A stretch of DNA of 40,053 bases, taken from positions 1-40,053 of the forward strand of contig JBBCKI010000073.1 of assembly GCA_037190965.1 (NCBI GenBank). The letters are read 5' to 3'. The notes below the pieces were generated by a model that did not search any database, was not told where the DNA came from, and saw nothing but the letters and a program-made list of their open reading frames with translations. The translations under genes and the position numbers were made by a program. Below are positions 18,735 through 27,715 of this stretch, piece after piece (the stretch's first letter is position 1; each line of letters starts with the position of its first letter). Origin of the DNA: Chthoniobacteraceae bacterium. Its GTDB lineage: Bacteria; Verrucomicrobiota; Verrucomicrobiia; Chthoniobacterales; Chthoniobacteraceae.

Positions 18735-20219
18735 TTACTGTTCGAACTCCACCGGCTTTGCTTCAACGGCAAGTTTTGCGATGGCGAGATCGTCGAACGG
18801 GATCGTGTGATCGGCGAACTCCTGGTAGGTCTCATGGCCTTTCCCGGCAATGAGAACGATGTCGCGCGGCTGCGCCAGGGAGATGGCACGGTAGATCGCC
18901 TCGCGGCGGTCGACCACCACTTCATGGTTGGCACTCCTGAATCCCTTCTTGATCTCGGCGACGATGGCCTCGGGATCTTCCTTGCGCGGATTGTCGGAAG
19001 TGACAATCGCCCAGTCCGCCAGACGCTCCACGGCTGCCGCCATGAGCGGGCGCTTGGTCCGGTCACGACTCCCGCCGCACCCGAAGACGACGATGAGCCG
19101 CCGGGGCTGAAGATCGCGCAGCGTCTTCATGACATTGGTAAGCGCGTCATCGGTGTGCGCGTAATCGACAAACACGCGGAACTGCCGTTTCACCGGCACG
19201 GGCTGAAGCCGCCCGGGCACCGCGGGCGCATCCGCGAGCGCCTTGACGGCGGTACGGAGATCGACCCCGAGGGCCGAGGCTCCCGCCAGCGCGGCCAGCG
19301 AGTTGTAAACATTAAACGATCCGATAAGGGGCAGCCTGACGAGGTATTTCTTCCCGTTCGCCTCCAGTTCGTACTGCGTTCCGCTCACATCCATCTTGAT
19401 GTTGTTGGCGCGAAAGTCGGCACGGGCGTTCATCCCGTAAGTCGTGGAGGGATGACCCGCCGTCGTCAGACGCGCGAGGAGCTTCTGCCCCCAGCGGTCG
19501 TCGATATTGATGACCGCCTTCCCCTTCTTGTGAGGCTGTTCGAAGAGACCGGTGAAGAGCTTCGCCTTCGCCTCGAAGTAGGCGTCCATCGTCCGGTGAT
19601 AGTCGAGATGGTCCTGCGTAAGGTTGGTGAAGACCGCGACGTCGAACTCGGTATTGCGGATGCGATTTTGCTCCAGAGCGTGCGAAGAGACCTCCATCAC
19701 CGCCGCGCGGCAACCGGCGGAACGGATCTGGAAAAGAAGCTCCTGGAGGTCGAGCGACTCGGGCGTGGTGTGCCGCGCGGGCAGGATACGCTCCCCGATT
19801 TCGTAACGGACGGTGCCTATCAACCCGCTCCGCAGCAACACCGCTTCGCAGAGATGCTTGAGAAGGAAGGCCGTGGTTGTTTTTCCGTTGGTGCCGGTGA
19901 TTCCCGCGGTCTTCAGGCCCAGCGCGGGGCGTCCGTAGAACTCCGCCGCGAGATCGGCCAGCGCTTCGCGGGCATTGTGAACCACGGCCTGCGTGGCACG
20001 ACGGGCCGGGTGCTCCTCTTCGGAGACGACGGCAACGGCCCCGCGCTCCACGGCGGAGTCGATATAGGCGTTCCCGTCTGTTTTTTCCCCGGCAAGCGCA
20101 ACGAAGAGAGAGTTCTTCTGGGCGCGCCGCGAGTCGTAGCAGATCGAGGTGATCTCCCGGTCGGTGGAACCGATGACCATCACGGTCGGAATTTTTGAAA
20201 GTAGTGCTTTAAGTTGCAT
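18735..20219 (-). CDS. murE: UDP-MurNAc-L-Ala-D-Glu--meso-DAP ligase MurE
   Basis: ITGTNGKTTT, TTPE, MEVSSHAL, DHLDYH, VDYAHT, DNPR (meso-DAP-type motif), AGKGHETYQ. Confidence 0.97.
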   Translation of the reverse strand: MQLKALLSKIPTVMVIGSTDREITSICYDSRRAQKNSLFVALAGEKTDGNAYIDSAVERGAVAVVSEEEHPARRATQAVVHNAREALADLAAEFYGRPALGLKTAGITGTNGKTTTAFLLKHLCEAVLLRSGLIGTVRYEIGERILPARHTTPESLDLQELLFQIRSAGCRAAVMEVSSHALEQNRIRNTEFDVAVFTNLTQDHLDYHRTMDAYFEAKAKLFTGLFEQPHKKGKAVINIDDRWGQKLLARLTTAGHPSTTYGMNARADFRANNIKMDVSGTQYELEANGKKYLVRLPLIGSFNVYNSLAALAGASALGVDLRTAVKALADAPAVPGRLQPVPVKRQFRVFVDYAHTDDALTNVMKTLRDLQPRRLIVVFGCGGSRDRTKRPLMAAAVERLADWAIVTSDNPRKEDPEAIVAEIKKGFRSANHEVVVDRREAIYRAISLAQPRDIVLIAGKGHETYQEFADHTIPFDDLAIAKLAVEAKPVEFEQ

Positions 20220-20240
20220 CGTATGGCCCTCGGGACCGGA

Positions 20241-22016
20241 TCACCTTGCGGTTTGAGTCAGTTTAATGGTGGCAGCCCCGGGGTTCAGGTTTGGGTTGGT
20301 TTCCAGATCGGGCTGGAGCCCAAGATGCCGAGCCGATCGTTCGGCGATCTTGGCGAATACCGGAGCAGCCAGCGTACCGCCGTAGTTTAAATTGCTTGGA
20401 ACCTTGGCGTCGTCCAGCAAGACCAGGATCACAAATTTAGGCTCCTCCACCGGCATGAACCCGATGAATGAAACCACGTACCGGTTGTCGTAATAGCCTC
20501 CCCTTTCGTTGGCCTTCTGAGCGGTACCTGTCTTTCCTGCGACGGAAAAGCCGGGCACGTTCGCCATTTTTGCCGTGCCGCGCTGGCTGACGACATCATT
20601 CAACGCGAGTTTGACTTTATTCGTCGTTTCGGTCGAGACCACCTGCCGCACGACGGAAGGGGCAAACGGGACGACTTGTTTTCCTTCGTCATCGAAAATT
20701 TCATCGACGATCTGCGGCATCATCAGGTTGCCGCCGTTGGCGATCGCGCTCATGGCGGCGACCATCTGGAGCGGCGTCACCGCCACCCCCTGCCCCATCG
20801 GGATCCGGGTGATGGAAATCTTGCTCCACCCCGAACTGTAGGGAGAGTGGACAATGCCGGGGATCTCCCCCGGAAGCGCGATGCCGGTGCGCTCCCCGAA
20901 GCCGAAGCCGCGGATGTATTCGTAAAAACGGTTCTCGCCCATTTTCATGGCGAGCTTGGCCACCCCGATGTTGCTCGATTTGACGAGGATGTCGGCCACG
21001 CTCAGGTCGGGAAACGGCCCGTGCCCATGGTCGCGGAGAACCTTCCCGGCATAATGGAAACGCCCCCCTTCGCACGGAATTATCGTGGAGAGGCTCACAT
21101 CGTTGTCGTTGAGCGAGGCGGCTGCGGTGACGATCTTGAAGGTGGAACCGGGCTCCACCAGGTTGATGATCGAGCAGTTCTTCATCGCCTTGGGCTCGCT
21201 GGTCCCAGGGCTGTTCGGGTCGAAGTTGGGGTAATTCGCCATCGCAAGGATCCGCCCCGTCTGCGGCTCCATCATGATGGCGCACGCCAACTCCGGAGAG
21301 TACTTCTTGTAGGCGGTCTGCAACTCCTCCTCGACGATGTTCTGCAACGCCATGTCGACGGTCAGCCGGGCGTTGTAACCGGGGCGCGCCGGGCGCTCCT
21401 GTCCACGGTAGGGAACGATCTCCCGGCCCAGGCGGTCGCGCTCGATAAAGCGGAACCCGTCGTTTCCACGCAGGTACCGGTTCATCGTCAGTTCAATCCC
21501 CTGCACACCGTCGTGCTCGCGGTTCATGAACCCGAGGACGTGGCTGAGCATCGGCCCGTTGGGATACACACGGCGGGAATCCTGCTCGAAGTAAATCCCC
21601 CGAAGCTTCTCCTTCTGGAGCCGCTGAGCAATTTCCACGGCCACCTGCTCCGTGACCTCTTTCTTCAGGATAAGGTAACGACGCGGCGTCGTGATCTTTT
21701 GCTGCACCTCGGCAACCGGCATCTCCAGGAGGTCGGCAATGGTGGCGGCGACCCGGGCGGGGTCCGTAATGTGGCTCCCGTCCACGATCACCGTCTTAAG
21801 CGGCTCACTGACAGCAAGAATCTCGCCGCGGGAATCGACGATCGTTCCCCGCGGCGCGAAAATGGTCTGCCGGTTGACATGCCGCTGGGCGGCAAGCGCT
21901 GTGTACTCCTCGTGCTTGGTCACCTGGAGGTAGACCAAACGGGCGGAAAAGCCGCTGAAGCAGCCGGCAAGGCCAAAGCAGGCAATCATTGCCCGACGTT
22001 TGGCGATTTTGATCAT
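20241..22016 (-). CDS. ftsI: Class B penicillin-binding protein FtsI/PBP3
   Basis: N-terminal TM, RG.I.D, EPGSTFK (SxxK), KSSN (SxN), GKTGTAQK; position after ftsL. Confidence 0.94.
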   Translation of the reverse strand: MIKIAKRRAMIACFGLAGCFSGFSARLVYLQVTKHEEYTALAAQRHVNRQTIFAPRGTIVDSRGEILAVSEPLKTVIVDGSHITDPARVAATIADLLEMPVAEVQQKITTPRRYLILKKEVTEQVAVEIAQRLQKEKLRGIYFEQDSRRVYPNGPMLSHVLGFMNREHDGVQGIELTMNRYLRGNDGFRFIERDRLGREIVPYRGQERPARPGYNARLTVDMALQNIVEEELQTAYKKYSPELACAIMMEPQTGRILAMANYPNFDPNSPGTSEPKAMKNCSIINLVEPGSTFKIVTAAASLNDNDVSLSTIIPCEGGRFHYAGKVLRDHGHGPFPDLSVADILVKSSNIGVAKLAMKMGENRFYEYIRGFGFGERTGIALPGEIPGIVHSPYSSGWSKISITRIPMGQGVAVTPLQMVAAMSAIANGGNLMMPQIVDEIFDDEGKQVVPFAPSVVRQVVSTETTNKVKLALNDVVSQRGTAKMANVPGFSVAGKTGTAQKANERGGYYDNRYVVSFIGFMPVEEPKFVILVLLDDAKVPSNLNYGGTLAAPVFAKIAERSARHLGLQPDLETNPNLNPGAATIKLTQTAR

Positions 22017-22393
22017 CGGGTTGCCCCCTGGTTGGACACAGGGACGATCTCATCGCCCGCCAGCGCAAGCGCCCCGGAGGAACGGCTGAAGTTGACCTGC
22101 ACGATCCGCTCGGCGGTGATCGGCACCATCGAAATGAAGCCATCGTTGAGCCGCTTTTGCAGCGCCGTACGGGAAGAAAGCGTGGCGATAGGCGAACGCA
22201 ACGCGTCGTTCTGGATCCTCAACGTTTTGAGTTCCTTCTCCAGCGCGGAGATCTCCTTGCCCCGGGAAACATCCTGGTTCTTCAGGTAAACCCACGACAT
22301 TCCCCCAGCCAGGACGATGAAAGCAAGGAGCAGCCCGGGCGAGAGCGCCCGGATGGGAACCTGATTCTGATGGCGGCGACGGTTGCGTGACAT
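22013..22393 (-). CDS. ftsL: FtsL-like cell division protein
   Basis: Basic N-tail, one TM, heptad coiled coil (ISALEKELKTLRIQNDALRSPIATL); canonical position between rsmH and ftsI with 4-bp overlap into ftsI. Confidence 0.75.
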   Translation of the reverse strand: MSRNRRRHQNQVPIRALSPGLLLAFIVLAGGMSWVYLKNQDVSRGKEISALEKELKTLRIQNDALRSPIATLSSRTALQKRLNDGFISMVPITAERIVQVNFSRSSGALALAGDEIVPVSNQGATR

Positions 22394-22398
22394 AGGAG

Positions 22399-23403
22399 CT
22401 ACCTCTGGTTTCGGATGGCTGCCACTCCGCGCAGCTTTGCGCTGCGGGAACGGGGATTTTGAGTTTGTTCCTCCTCGGTCGCCGTCACCGGCTTGGAGGT
22501 CAGGAGTTGAAATTGAAATTCTGGATTACGGCGCGGCGCGGGCCACTCTGGGCGGTCAAGCCACTCGGTGCTCCCCGCCTTGAAGAACGTTTTGACGATC
22601 CGGTCTTCCAACGAATGGAACGTGATCACCCCGAGCCTGCCGCCAGGGTTAAGCCGCTGAGAAAACGCTTCGAGCGCGTTCGTCAGCACCTCAAGCTCCC
22701 GGTTCACGGCGATGCGCAACGCCTGGAACACCTTTGTGGCCGGATGCGTGCGCCCCCGCCGGGGGAGCACTTTCTCCACGCTCTGGGCGAGGTCGAGCGT
22801 CGTCACGAACGGACGCTCCGCGCGGTCGCGCTCGATCTGGAGCGCCACACGCCGGGCGGCGGACTCCTCCCCGAATTCGCGAAAGATCCGCACCAACTCG
22901 TCCACGGGAGCGGTGTTGACCAGATCGGCGGCGGTGAGCGGCCCTTCCGGGTTCATCCGCATATCGAGCGGTCCCTCTTCCTGAAAACTGAAACCGCGTT
23001 CCGGCGCGTCGAGTTGCCGGGAGGAGACGCCGATGTCGAGCAACGCCCCGTCGATTCCCGTCACGCCGAGGCGATCGAGAACGCTCCCGATCTCCTCAAA
23101 GTTGGCGCGAACCGCCGTAAACTGGTCACCGAATGGCGCCAACCGCTCCCCGGCGAACGCCAGCGCCTCGGGGTCCTGATCGATCCCGATCACGCGCGCG
23201 CCCGCCTTCAGAAAGGCTTCGCTGTGGCCCCCGCCGCCGAGTGTCCCGTCGACAAAAAGCTTCCCAGGCGCGGGCGCAAGAAGCGCCAGCGTTTCGGCCA
23301 GCAAAACTGGCTGATGATATTGGAAGCGTTCGGTTTTCAAAAAACTCCTTTGCCGCAACCCGGGGGTTGCGGCCTCTGCAAATTCGGTACTCAGATGGAT
23401 CAT
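22399..23403 (-). CDS. rsmH: 16S rRNA m4C1402 methyltransferase RsmH (MraW)
   Basis: H.PVLL.E, DGTLGGGGHS, DIGVSS.QLD...RGFSF, PLDMRM, FQALRIAVN.EL, FHSLEDRIVK, NPRSRSAKLR; ATGA overlap with the mraZ stop. Confidence 0.96.
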   Translation of the reverse strand: MIHLSTEFAEAATPGLRQRSFLKTERFQYHQPVLLAETLALLAPAPGKLFVDGTLGGGGHSEAFLKAGARVIGIDQDPEALAFAGERLAPFGDQFTAVRANFEEIGSVLDRLGVTGIDGALLDIGVSSRQLDAPERGFSFQEEGPLDMRMNPEGPLTAADLVNTAPVDELVRIFREFGEESAARRVALQIERDRAERPFVTTLDLAQSVEKVLPRRGRTHPATKVFQALRIAVNRELEVLTNALEAFSQRLNPGGRLGVITFHSLEDRIVKTFFKAGSTEWLDRPEWPAPRRNPEFQFQLLTSKPVTATEEEQTQNPRSRSAKLRGVAAIRNQR

Positions 23404-23855
23404 AGTCCAAGCTGAGCGGCCAAGTTCTGGTAAGTCGCGGCTTCGGCCAGCTTGGTGGCCTCCCACCGCTCTGGACTCCAAATCTCAAACCGTCCCAAAG
23501 TACCCACGAGGACGGCTTCCCCTTTTAGCCCGATCTTTTCACACAGATCGGGGGGCAGCACCATGCGTCCCTGCTTGTCGGCGCTGCACTCTCTGGATCC
23601 CCCGGAAAACTGCCGGATAAACTGCTGCCGCTCGCGCGGACTCGCAGCCGTCTGGCTCTCCAGATCGACCAGAATCTTCCGATACTCTTCGGGCGGGAGC
23701 GCAAAGATAAACGACCCGGTGCTGTCCAGCCTGAGGAAAAACTCGTCCCCCTCGCCCGAACGCCACCCAGACGGGATCGTGATCCGGTTTTTCGGATCAA
23801 TCCCATGCCGGAACTCGCCGGCAAAAAGGGTCGATTTGGGAGCGTTGAGCGCCAT
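23400..23855 (-). CDS. mraZ: Transcriptional regulator MraZ
   Basis: F.GEF.H.ID.KNRITIP..WR and D.QGR..LP repeats, FEIWS.ERW; first gene of the dcw cluster. Confidence 0.95.
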   Translation of the reverse strand: MALNAPKSTLFAGEFRHGIDPKNRITIPSGWRSGEGDEFFLRLDSTGSFIFALPPEEYRKILVDLESQTAASPRERQQFIRQFSGGSRECSADKQGRMVLPPDLCEKIGLKGEAVLVGTLGRFEIWSPERWEATKLAEAATYQNLAAQLGL

Positions 23856-23870
23856 CGGGTTAGGTGAAAG

Positions 23871-23910
23871 GTCGGTTTAAGTCGTTCGGTGTCGTTTTAA
23901 GGTCGTTTGG
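23871..23910. repeat. Four ~10-bp-phased GTCG(G/T)T direct repeats in the mraZ leader
   Basis: GTCG at 23871, 23881, 23891, 23902 (gtcggtttaa gtcgttcggt gtcgttttaag gtcgtttgg). Confidence 0.7.
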
Positions 23911-23950
23911 GTGTGTTCAGGGAGGCTGCGGCGAGCAATCTGGGCAGCTA

Positions 23951-23990
23951 CGCCATTTTGCACCACAACACCCCACTTTGAACCACAATC
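23951..23990 (-). promoter_or_regulatory. MraZ-binding repeats in the dcw promoter
   Basis: (G/A)TGG on the minus strand at exact 10-bp period: CCAT 23953, CCAC 23963, 23973, 23983; matches the known GTGG-N6 MraZ operator architecture upstream of mraZ. Confidence 0.8.
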
Positions 23991-24124
23991 CCCTCCAAAG
24001 GGTCAAGGTATTTCCCCGGTAGGGGAACTCCCGATCAGTTCGATTGAGAATTGCGGAAAGCCCTAAAGGGGGCACCCCGCAATCCGCAATTGCCTCCCTC
24101 TTCCCCCTCTTCTATTTTAGGGCC

Positions 24125-25939
24125 TTGAACGAGAGCGCCACGCCCACACCGCCCAGTCTTAAAACCGTCTTCCGCGTCTTTTCGTACCTTCGCCGGTACC
24201 CACGGCTTGCGATAGGAACGCTGCTTTGCGCTATCCTGATGACCGTGATGGTCGTGGTCTTCCCCATGGTGACCCAACTTGCCATCGACGATATCAGGGA
24301 AGGCCGGGGAGACCGCTTGACCCTTCTGACCCTCCTCTCGCTGGTCGCGTTTTTTATCCAGCACGCCGCCAACACTTTTCGCATCCGGTTAAACAACACC
24401 TTCGAGCAAAAGGTGATCTTTGACCTCCGGAGCGACCTCTACTCGCATATTCAACGCCTGCCGCTCCTTTGGTTCGACAACCGCTCCACAGGCGATGTGA
24501 TGACGCGGCTCCTGGAGGATGTCACCTCAATGGAGCGGCTCCTGATCGACGGCATCGAACAGGGAGTCGTCGCGATGCTCCAGATCGTGATCGTGGCCGC
24601 GATGCTTTTCCTCTACGACCCGCAGCTCGCCTGCCTGGCGCTTGCCCCGGTGCCGCTCCTTGCCGGGGGTGCGATCTGGTACACCCTGACGTCGAAGAAC
24701 CGATACCGGATCCACCGCAAAGCCGCCTCGGCGATGAACTCGCTGCTGCACGACAACCTGGCGGGCATCCGGCAGATCAAGACCTACGTGCGCGAAACCG
24801 AGGAGCACGCCCGCTTCAACGGCGTCAGCAACAAGATGCAGGAGGCCTCCCTGCTCGTGATGCGGGCATGGTCAATCTACAGCCCTTCGATGGAGTTCCT
24901 GGCTTCCTGCGGGATGGTGCTCGTGATCGGGTTCGGAGGGCACGCCGCCCTTGCAGGCACGATGTCGCCGGGCGAACTAGTGGCGTTCCTTATTCTCGTC
25001 CGCTACCTCTATGAACCGGTCGGGCGGCTGCATCAGCTCAATCAGCTTCTTCAATCAGGCCGCGCCGCAGCCGAACGGGTCTTCGAGATTCTCGACACCG
25101 AGCCGGAGCCGCACGCGGTTGCCGCGCGGCGCAATGCGGAGGAAATGGCTCGCGCCCAAAAGGAAGCCCGGTCTGTCCGAGGGGATGTGCGCTACCAGAA
25201 CATCTGTTTTTCCTACTCGGACGAATCACCCATCCTGCACAACGTTCACCTTCACGCCCAGCCGGGCCAGACCATCGCGCTGGTGGGTGAGACCGGCGCA
25301 GGAAAATCGACCCTCGTGAACCTGCTCAACCGGTTTTACGAATACGACACCGGCGAGATCCTCATCGATGGCCGCCCGTTGCGGGAGATCCCCAAGGACG
25401 TGCTCCGCGAAGCTGTCGGGCTCGTCACCCAGGAGAGCTTCCTCTTCAACGGCAGCCTTCGCGACAACCTACGCCTCGGCAAGCCCGACGCGACCGACAA
25501 AGAAATGCTGGAAGCCGCCAATGCCGCCAACGCACGCGGCTTCATCGACCGCCTCCCCGAAGGACTCTCCACCGTCGTGGGCGAGCGCGGGGTAAAACTG
25601 AGCGTCGGCGAGAAGCAGCGCGTCTCCATCGCGCGCGCCCTGCTTAAAGACCCGCCCATCCTGATCCTCGACGAAGCCACCGCGAGCGTCGATACCGAGA
25701 CGGAACGCCAGATCCAGCAGGCGCTCGATCGGCTGATGGAACACCGGACCAGCTTCGTCATCGCCCACCGCCTCTCCACCGTCCGCCACGCGGACCAGAT
25801 CCTCGTGATGGAACGCGGCCGCATCGCGGAGCGCGGAACGCATGAGGAACTACTGGCGCAATGCGGCATCTACGCGAAGCTCTGCCGGAATAGCTTTCTG
25901 GGGATCGAAAAAGCGACGCCCCTCGAGGAGTTGGTATAA
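24125..25939 (+). CDS. Fused ABC exporter (TMD + NBD; MsbA/MDR-like)
   Basis: Multi-TM N-half; Walker A GETGAGKST, signature LSVGEKQR, Walker B ILILDEATA, IAHRLST; start uncertain (TTG 24125 chosen, ORF open from 24044). Confidence 0.93.
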   Translation: MNESATPTPPSLKTVFRVFSYLRRYPRLAIGTLLCAILMTVMVVVFPMVTQLAIDDIREGRGDRLTLLTLLSLVAFFIQHAANTFRIRLNNTFEQKVIFDLRSDLYSHIQRLPLLWFDNRSTGDVMTRLLEDVTSMERLLIDGIEQGVVAMLQIVIVAAMLFLYDPQLACLALAPVPLLAGGAIWYTLTSKNRYRIHRKAASAMNSLLHDNLAGIRQIKTYVRETEEHARFNGVSNKMQEASLLVMRAWSIYSPSMEFLASCGMVLVIGFGGHAALAGTMSPGELVAFLILVRYLYEPVGRLHQLNQLLQSGRAAAERVFEILDTEPEPHAVAARRNAEEMARAQKEARSVRGDVRYQNICFSYSDESPILHNVHLHAQPGQTIALVGETGAGKSTLVNLLNRFYEYDTGEILIDGRPLREIPKDVLREAVGLVTQESFLFNGSLRDNLRLGKPDATDKEMLEAANAANARGFIDRLPEGLSTVVGERGVKLSVGEKQRVSIARALLKDPPILILDEATASVDTETERQIQQALDRLMEHRTSFVIAHRLSTVRHADQILVMERGRIAERGTHEELLAQCGIYAKLCRNSFLGIEKATPLEELV

Positions 25940-25958
25940 CGTGGGCTGGGGAAATTGA

Positions 25959-26104
25959 GGTAGCCCGCTCGCGCCGTCGAGCGCGGGTATCGGCTCCCTT
26001 GGCTCAATGAGGCCCCCTCCCAATCCATCAGCCCGCCCCGCGGGGATGGGCGCCGAACGCGACTCTTTCATCGATACCCGCGCTCGCGGCGCGAGCGCGC
26101 TACC
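25959..26104. repeat. Inverted pair of GTAG-type REP sequences (REPIN/BIME-like doublet)
   Basis: GGTAGCCCGCTCGCGCCGTCGAGCGCGGGTATCG (25959-25992) and the reverse complement of 26072-26104, GGTAGCGCGCTCGCGCCGCGAGCGCGGGTATCG; each has GTAG plus an internal hairpin; lies between convergent genes. Confidence 0.82.
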
Positions 26105-26121
26105 GGTGCTTCCGCACCAAT

Positions 26122-27114
26122 TTACTCCTCCAGGTGAGAGAGAAACATGCGCCGGATGACCTCCTCGATGGGAATCTCCTGCACGCTAATGTCGGTAACC
26201 ACATGCTGCGCCAGGACGGCGCGGCAGATTTCGGCCACTTTGGCCCGGGGGACCTTGAGCTGGACGGTTTGCGCGGTTTGCTCGGTGATCTCGCCGAGCG
26301 CCGTGAAATCGGTCAAACCTCTTTGCTCTCCTCCGTCCTCAAAGGTAAAGCGGACGATCTTCTCCGTGGAGAAGCGATCAACCACCTGGCTCAGCGGCCC
26401 ATCGAAGAAAATCCGCCCATGGTCGATGATGATGACGCGGGGGCAAAGCTCCTCAATGTCCTGCATGTAGTGGCTGGTGAGCATCGTGATGATCTGATGC
26501 CCGGCGTTGTACTTTTTCAGGAACTCGCGCACCTTTTGCGCGCTTGCCACATCGAGACCGATGGTCGGCTCGTCGAGAAAGAGGACACGCGGCGAATGGA
26601 GGAGCGCCGTGATGAGCTCCATCTTCATCCGCTCGCCCAGGCTCAATTCGCGCACCATTACGTCGAGCTTGTCATTGACTTCCAGCAATTCGGCAAGCCC
26701 GCCGACAATGCGGGTGAACTCCCGCCGCTCGATGCCGTAGATGGCCCGGTTCAACTCCAGCGATTCGCGAGCGGGGAGATCCCACCAGAGCGAGTTTTTC
26801 TGGCCGAGGAGCAGGGAGAACTGCCGCTTGAACTCGTCGCGGCGTTCCCAAGGGGTATAGCCGAGGACGCGGCATTCGCCGGAGGTCGGATTGAGCAACC
26901 CCGAGAGCATCTTGAGCACGGTCGTTTTTCCCGCGCCGTTGGGGCCCAGGAAGCCGACGAACTCGCCTTCCTCGATGGAAAAACTGACGTTGTCCGCCGC
27001 CCGCGTTTCGTCATAGCGCCTGCGTGCAAGCCCTTTGACGGCGCCCCATAGCCCGGCTTCCTTGCGGTAGGTGCGGTAAACTTTGGTCAGGCCTAGGGTT
27101 TCGATTGCGGACAT
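26122..27114 (-). CDS. ABC-2 type transporter ATP-binding subunit
   Basis: GPNGAGKTT, LSLGERMKMEL, FLDEPTIGLD, TSHYMQDIEELC; GQK..LWWDLP is typical of ATPases partnered with DUF990-type permeases. Confidence 0.93.
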   Translation of the reverse strand: MSAIETLGLTKVYRTYRKEAGLWGAVKGLARRRYDETRAADNVSFSIEEGEFVGFLGPNGAGKTTVLKMLSGLLNPTSGECRVLGYTPWERRDEFKRQFSLLLGQKNSLWWDLPARESLELNRAIYGIERREFTRIVGGLAELLEVNDKLDVMVRELSLGERMKMELITALLHSPRVLFLDEPTIGLDVASAQKVREFLKKYNAGHQIITMLTSHYMQDIEELCPRVIIIDHGRIFFDGPLSQVVDRFSTEKIVRFTFEDGGEQRGLTDFTALGEITEQTAQTVQLKVPRAKVAEICRAVLAQHVVTDISVQEIPIEEVIRRMFLSHLEE

Positions 27115-27195
27115 GGGGCTGGGAATACCGAAAAGGTAAGATGGTGAAAAAGATTAAGCTGAAATCATGCTGGAGCGAGTGAAATCCGGGCACGA

Positions 27196-27238
27196 AAAAG
27201 CGTCCCTGGTGGGTATTGGACCCGCCAGGGACGCTTTT
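27196..27238 (-). terminator. Intrinsic terminator downstream of rpsR (possibly bidirectional)
   Basis: AAAAGCGTCCCTGG-TGGGT-attgg-ACCCG-CCAGGGACGCTTTT long hairpin flanked by A and T tracts. Confidence 0.8.
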
Positions 27239-27274
27239 AGTGCCCTTTCGGACGCTAAAGTGTCGCTAAACCAA

Positions 27275-27514
27275 TCAGCGCATCAACAGGACCGCCCGGG
27301 CGCGTTTGATCTCGCGGGTGATCTTGCGATGGAACTGGGCAGGGAGGCCGGTGACGCGGCGGGGCAGGATTTTGCCTGCTTCGGTCACGAAACGCCGAAG
27401 GATATCGGGATTCTTGTAGTCGATGGCTTCCAGGGCGATGTCGATGCGGCGGCGCGGCATCGTGCGGTTGGCCCGGCGGAAGTTCGAGCGGCGTTGAGGA
27501 GTCTTCGGCTGCAT
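27275..27514 (-). CDS. rpsR: 30S ribosomal protein S18 (Cys-free form)
   Basis: [26 protein letters not shown]...[11 protein letters not shown]; no Cys. Confidence 0.95.
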   Translation of the reverse strand: MQPKTPQRRSNFRRANRTMPRRRIDIALEAIDYKNPDILRRFVTEAGKILPRRVTGLPAQFHRKITREIKRARAVLLMR

Positions 27515-27535
27515 AATAGTGGGTCGGGGTGGTCG

Positions 27536-27709
27536 TTATTTGACTTCCCGGTGAAGCGTGTGGCGCTTCAGGAAAGGGTTGTATTTCTTCTTTTCGAGGC
27601 GGTTCGGCGTATTCGGGCTCTTCTTGTTACGCGTGGAAACGTAACGGGAAACCGTGCCGCCCGCTGCTTTCGCCTCGGTGCATTCGAGAATGATGATGTC
27701 TCTGGCCAT
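27536..27709 (-). CDS. rpmG: 50S ribosomal protein L33 (C-minus form, 57 aa)
   Basis: Hand translation [57 protein letters not shown]; below the ORF-track length cutoff. Confidence 0.95.
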   Translation of the reverse strand: MARDIIILECTEAKAAGGTVSRYVSTRNKKSPNTPNRLEKKKYNPFLKRHTLHREVK

Positions 27710-27715
27710 AATTTA

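Noticed and set aside
23871..23990. Phased repeats as a mini-CRISPR or iterons
   Set aside because: Units are 4-6 bp with a 10-bp period, with no spacers, cas or rep genes
24011..24091. Small hairpins (TTCCCC/GGGGAA; AATTGCGGA/TCCGCAATT) between mraZ and the ABC exporter
   Set aside because: Short stems with no family assignment or second copy
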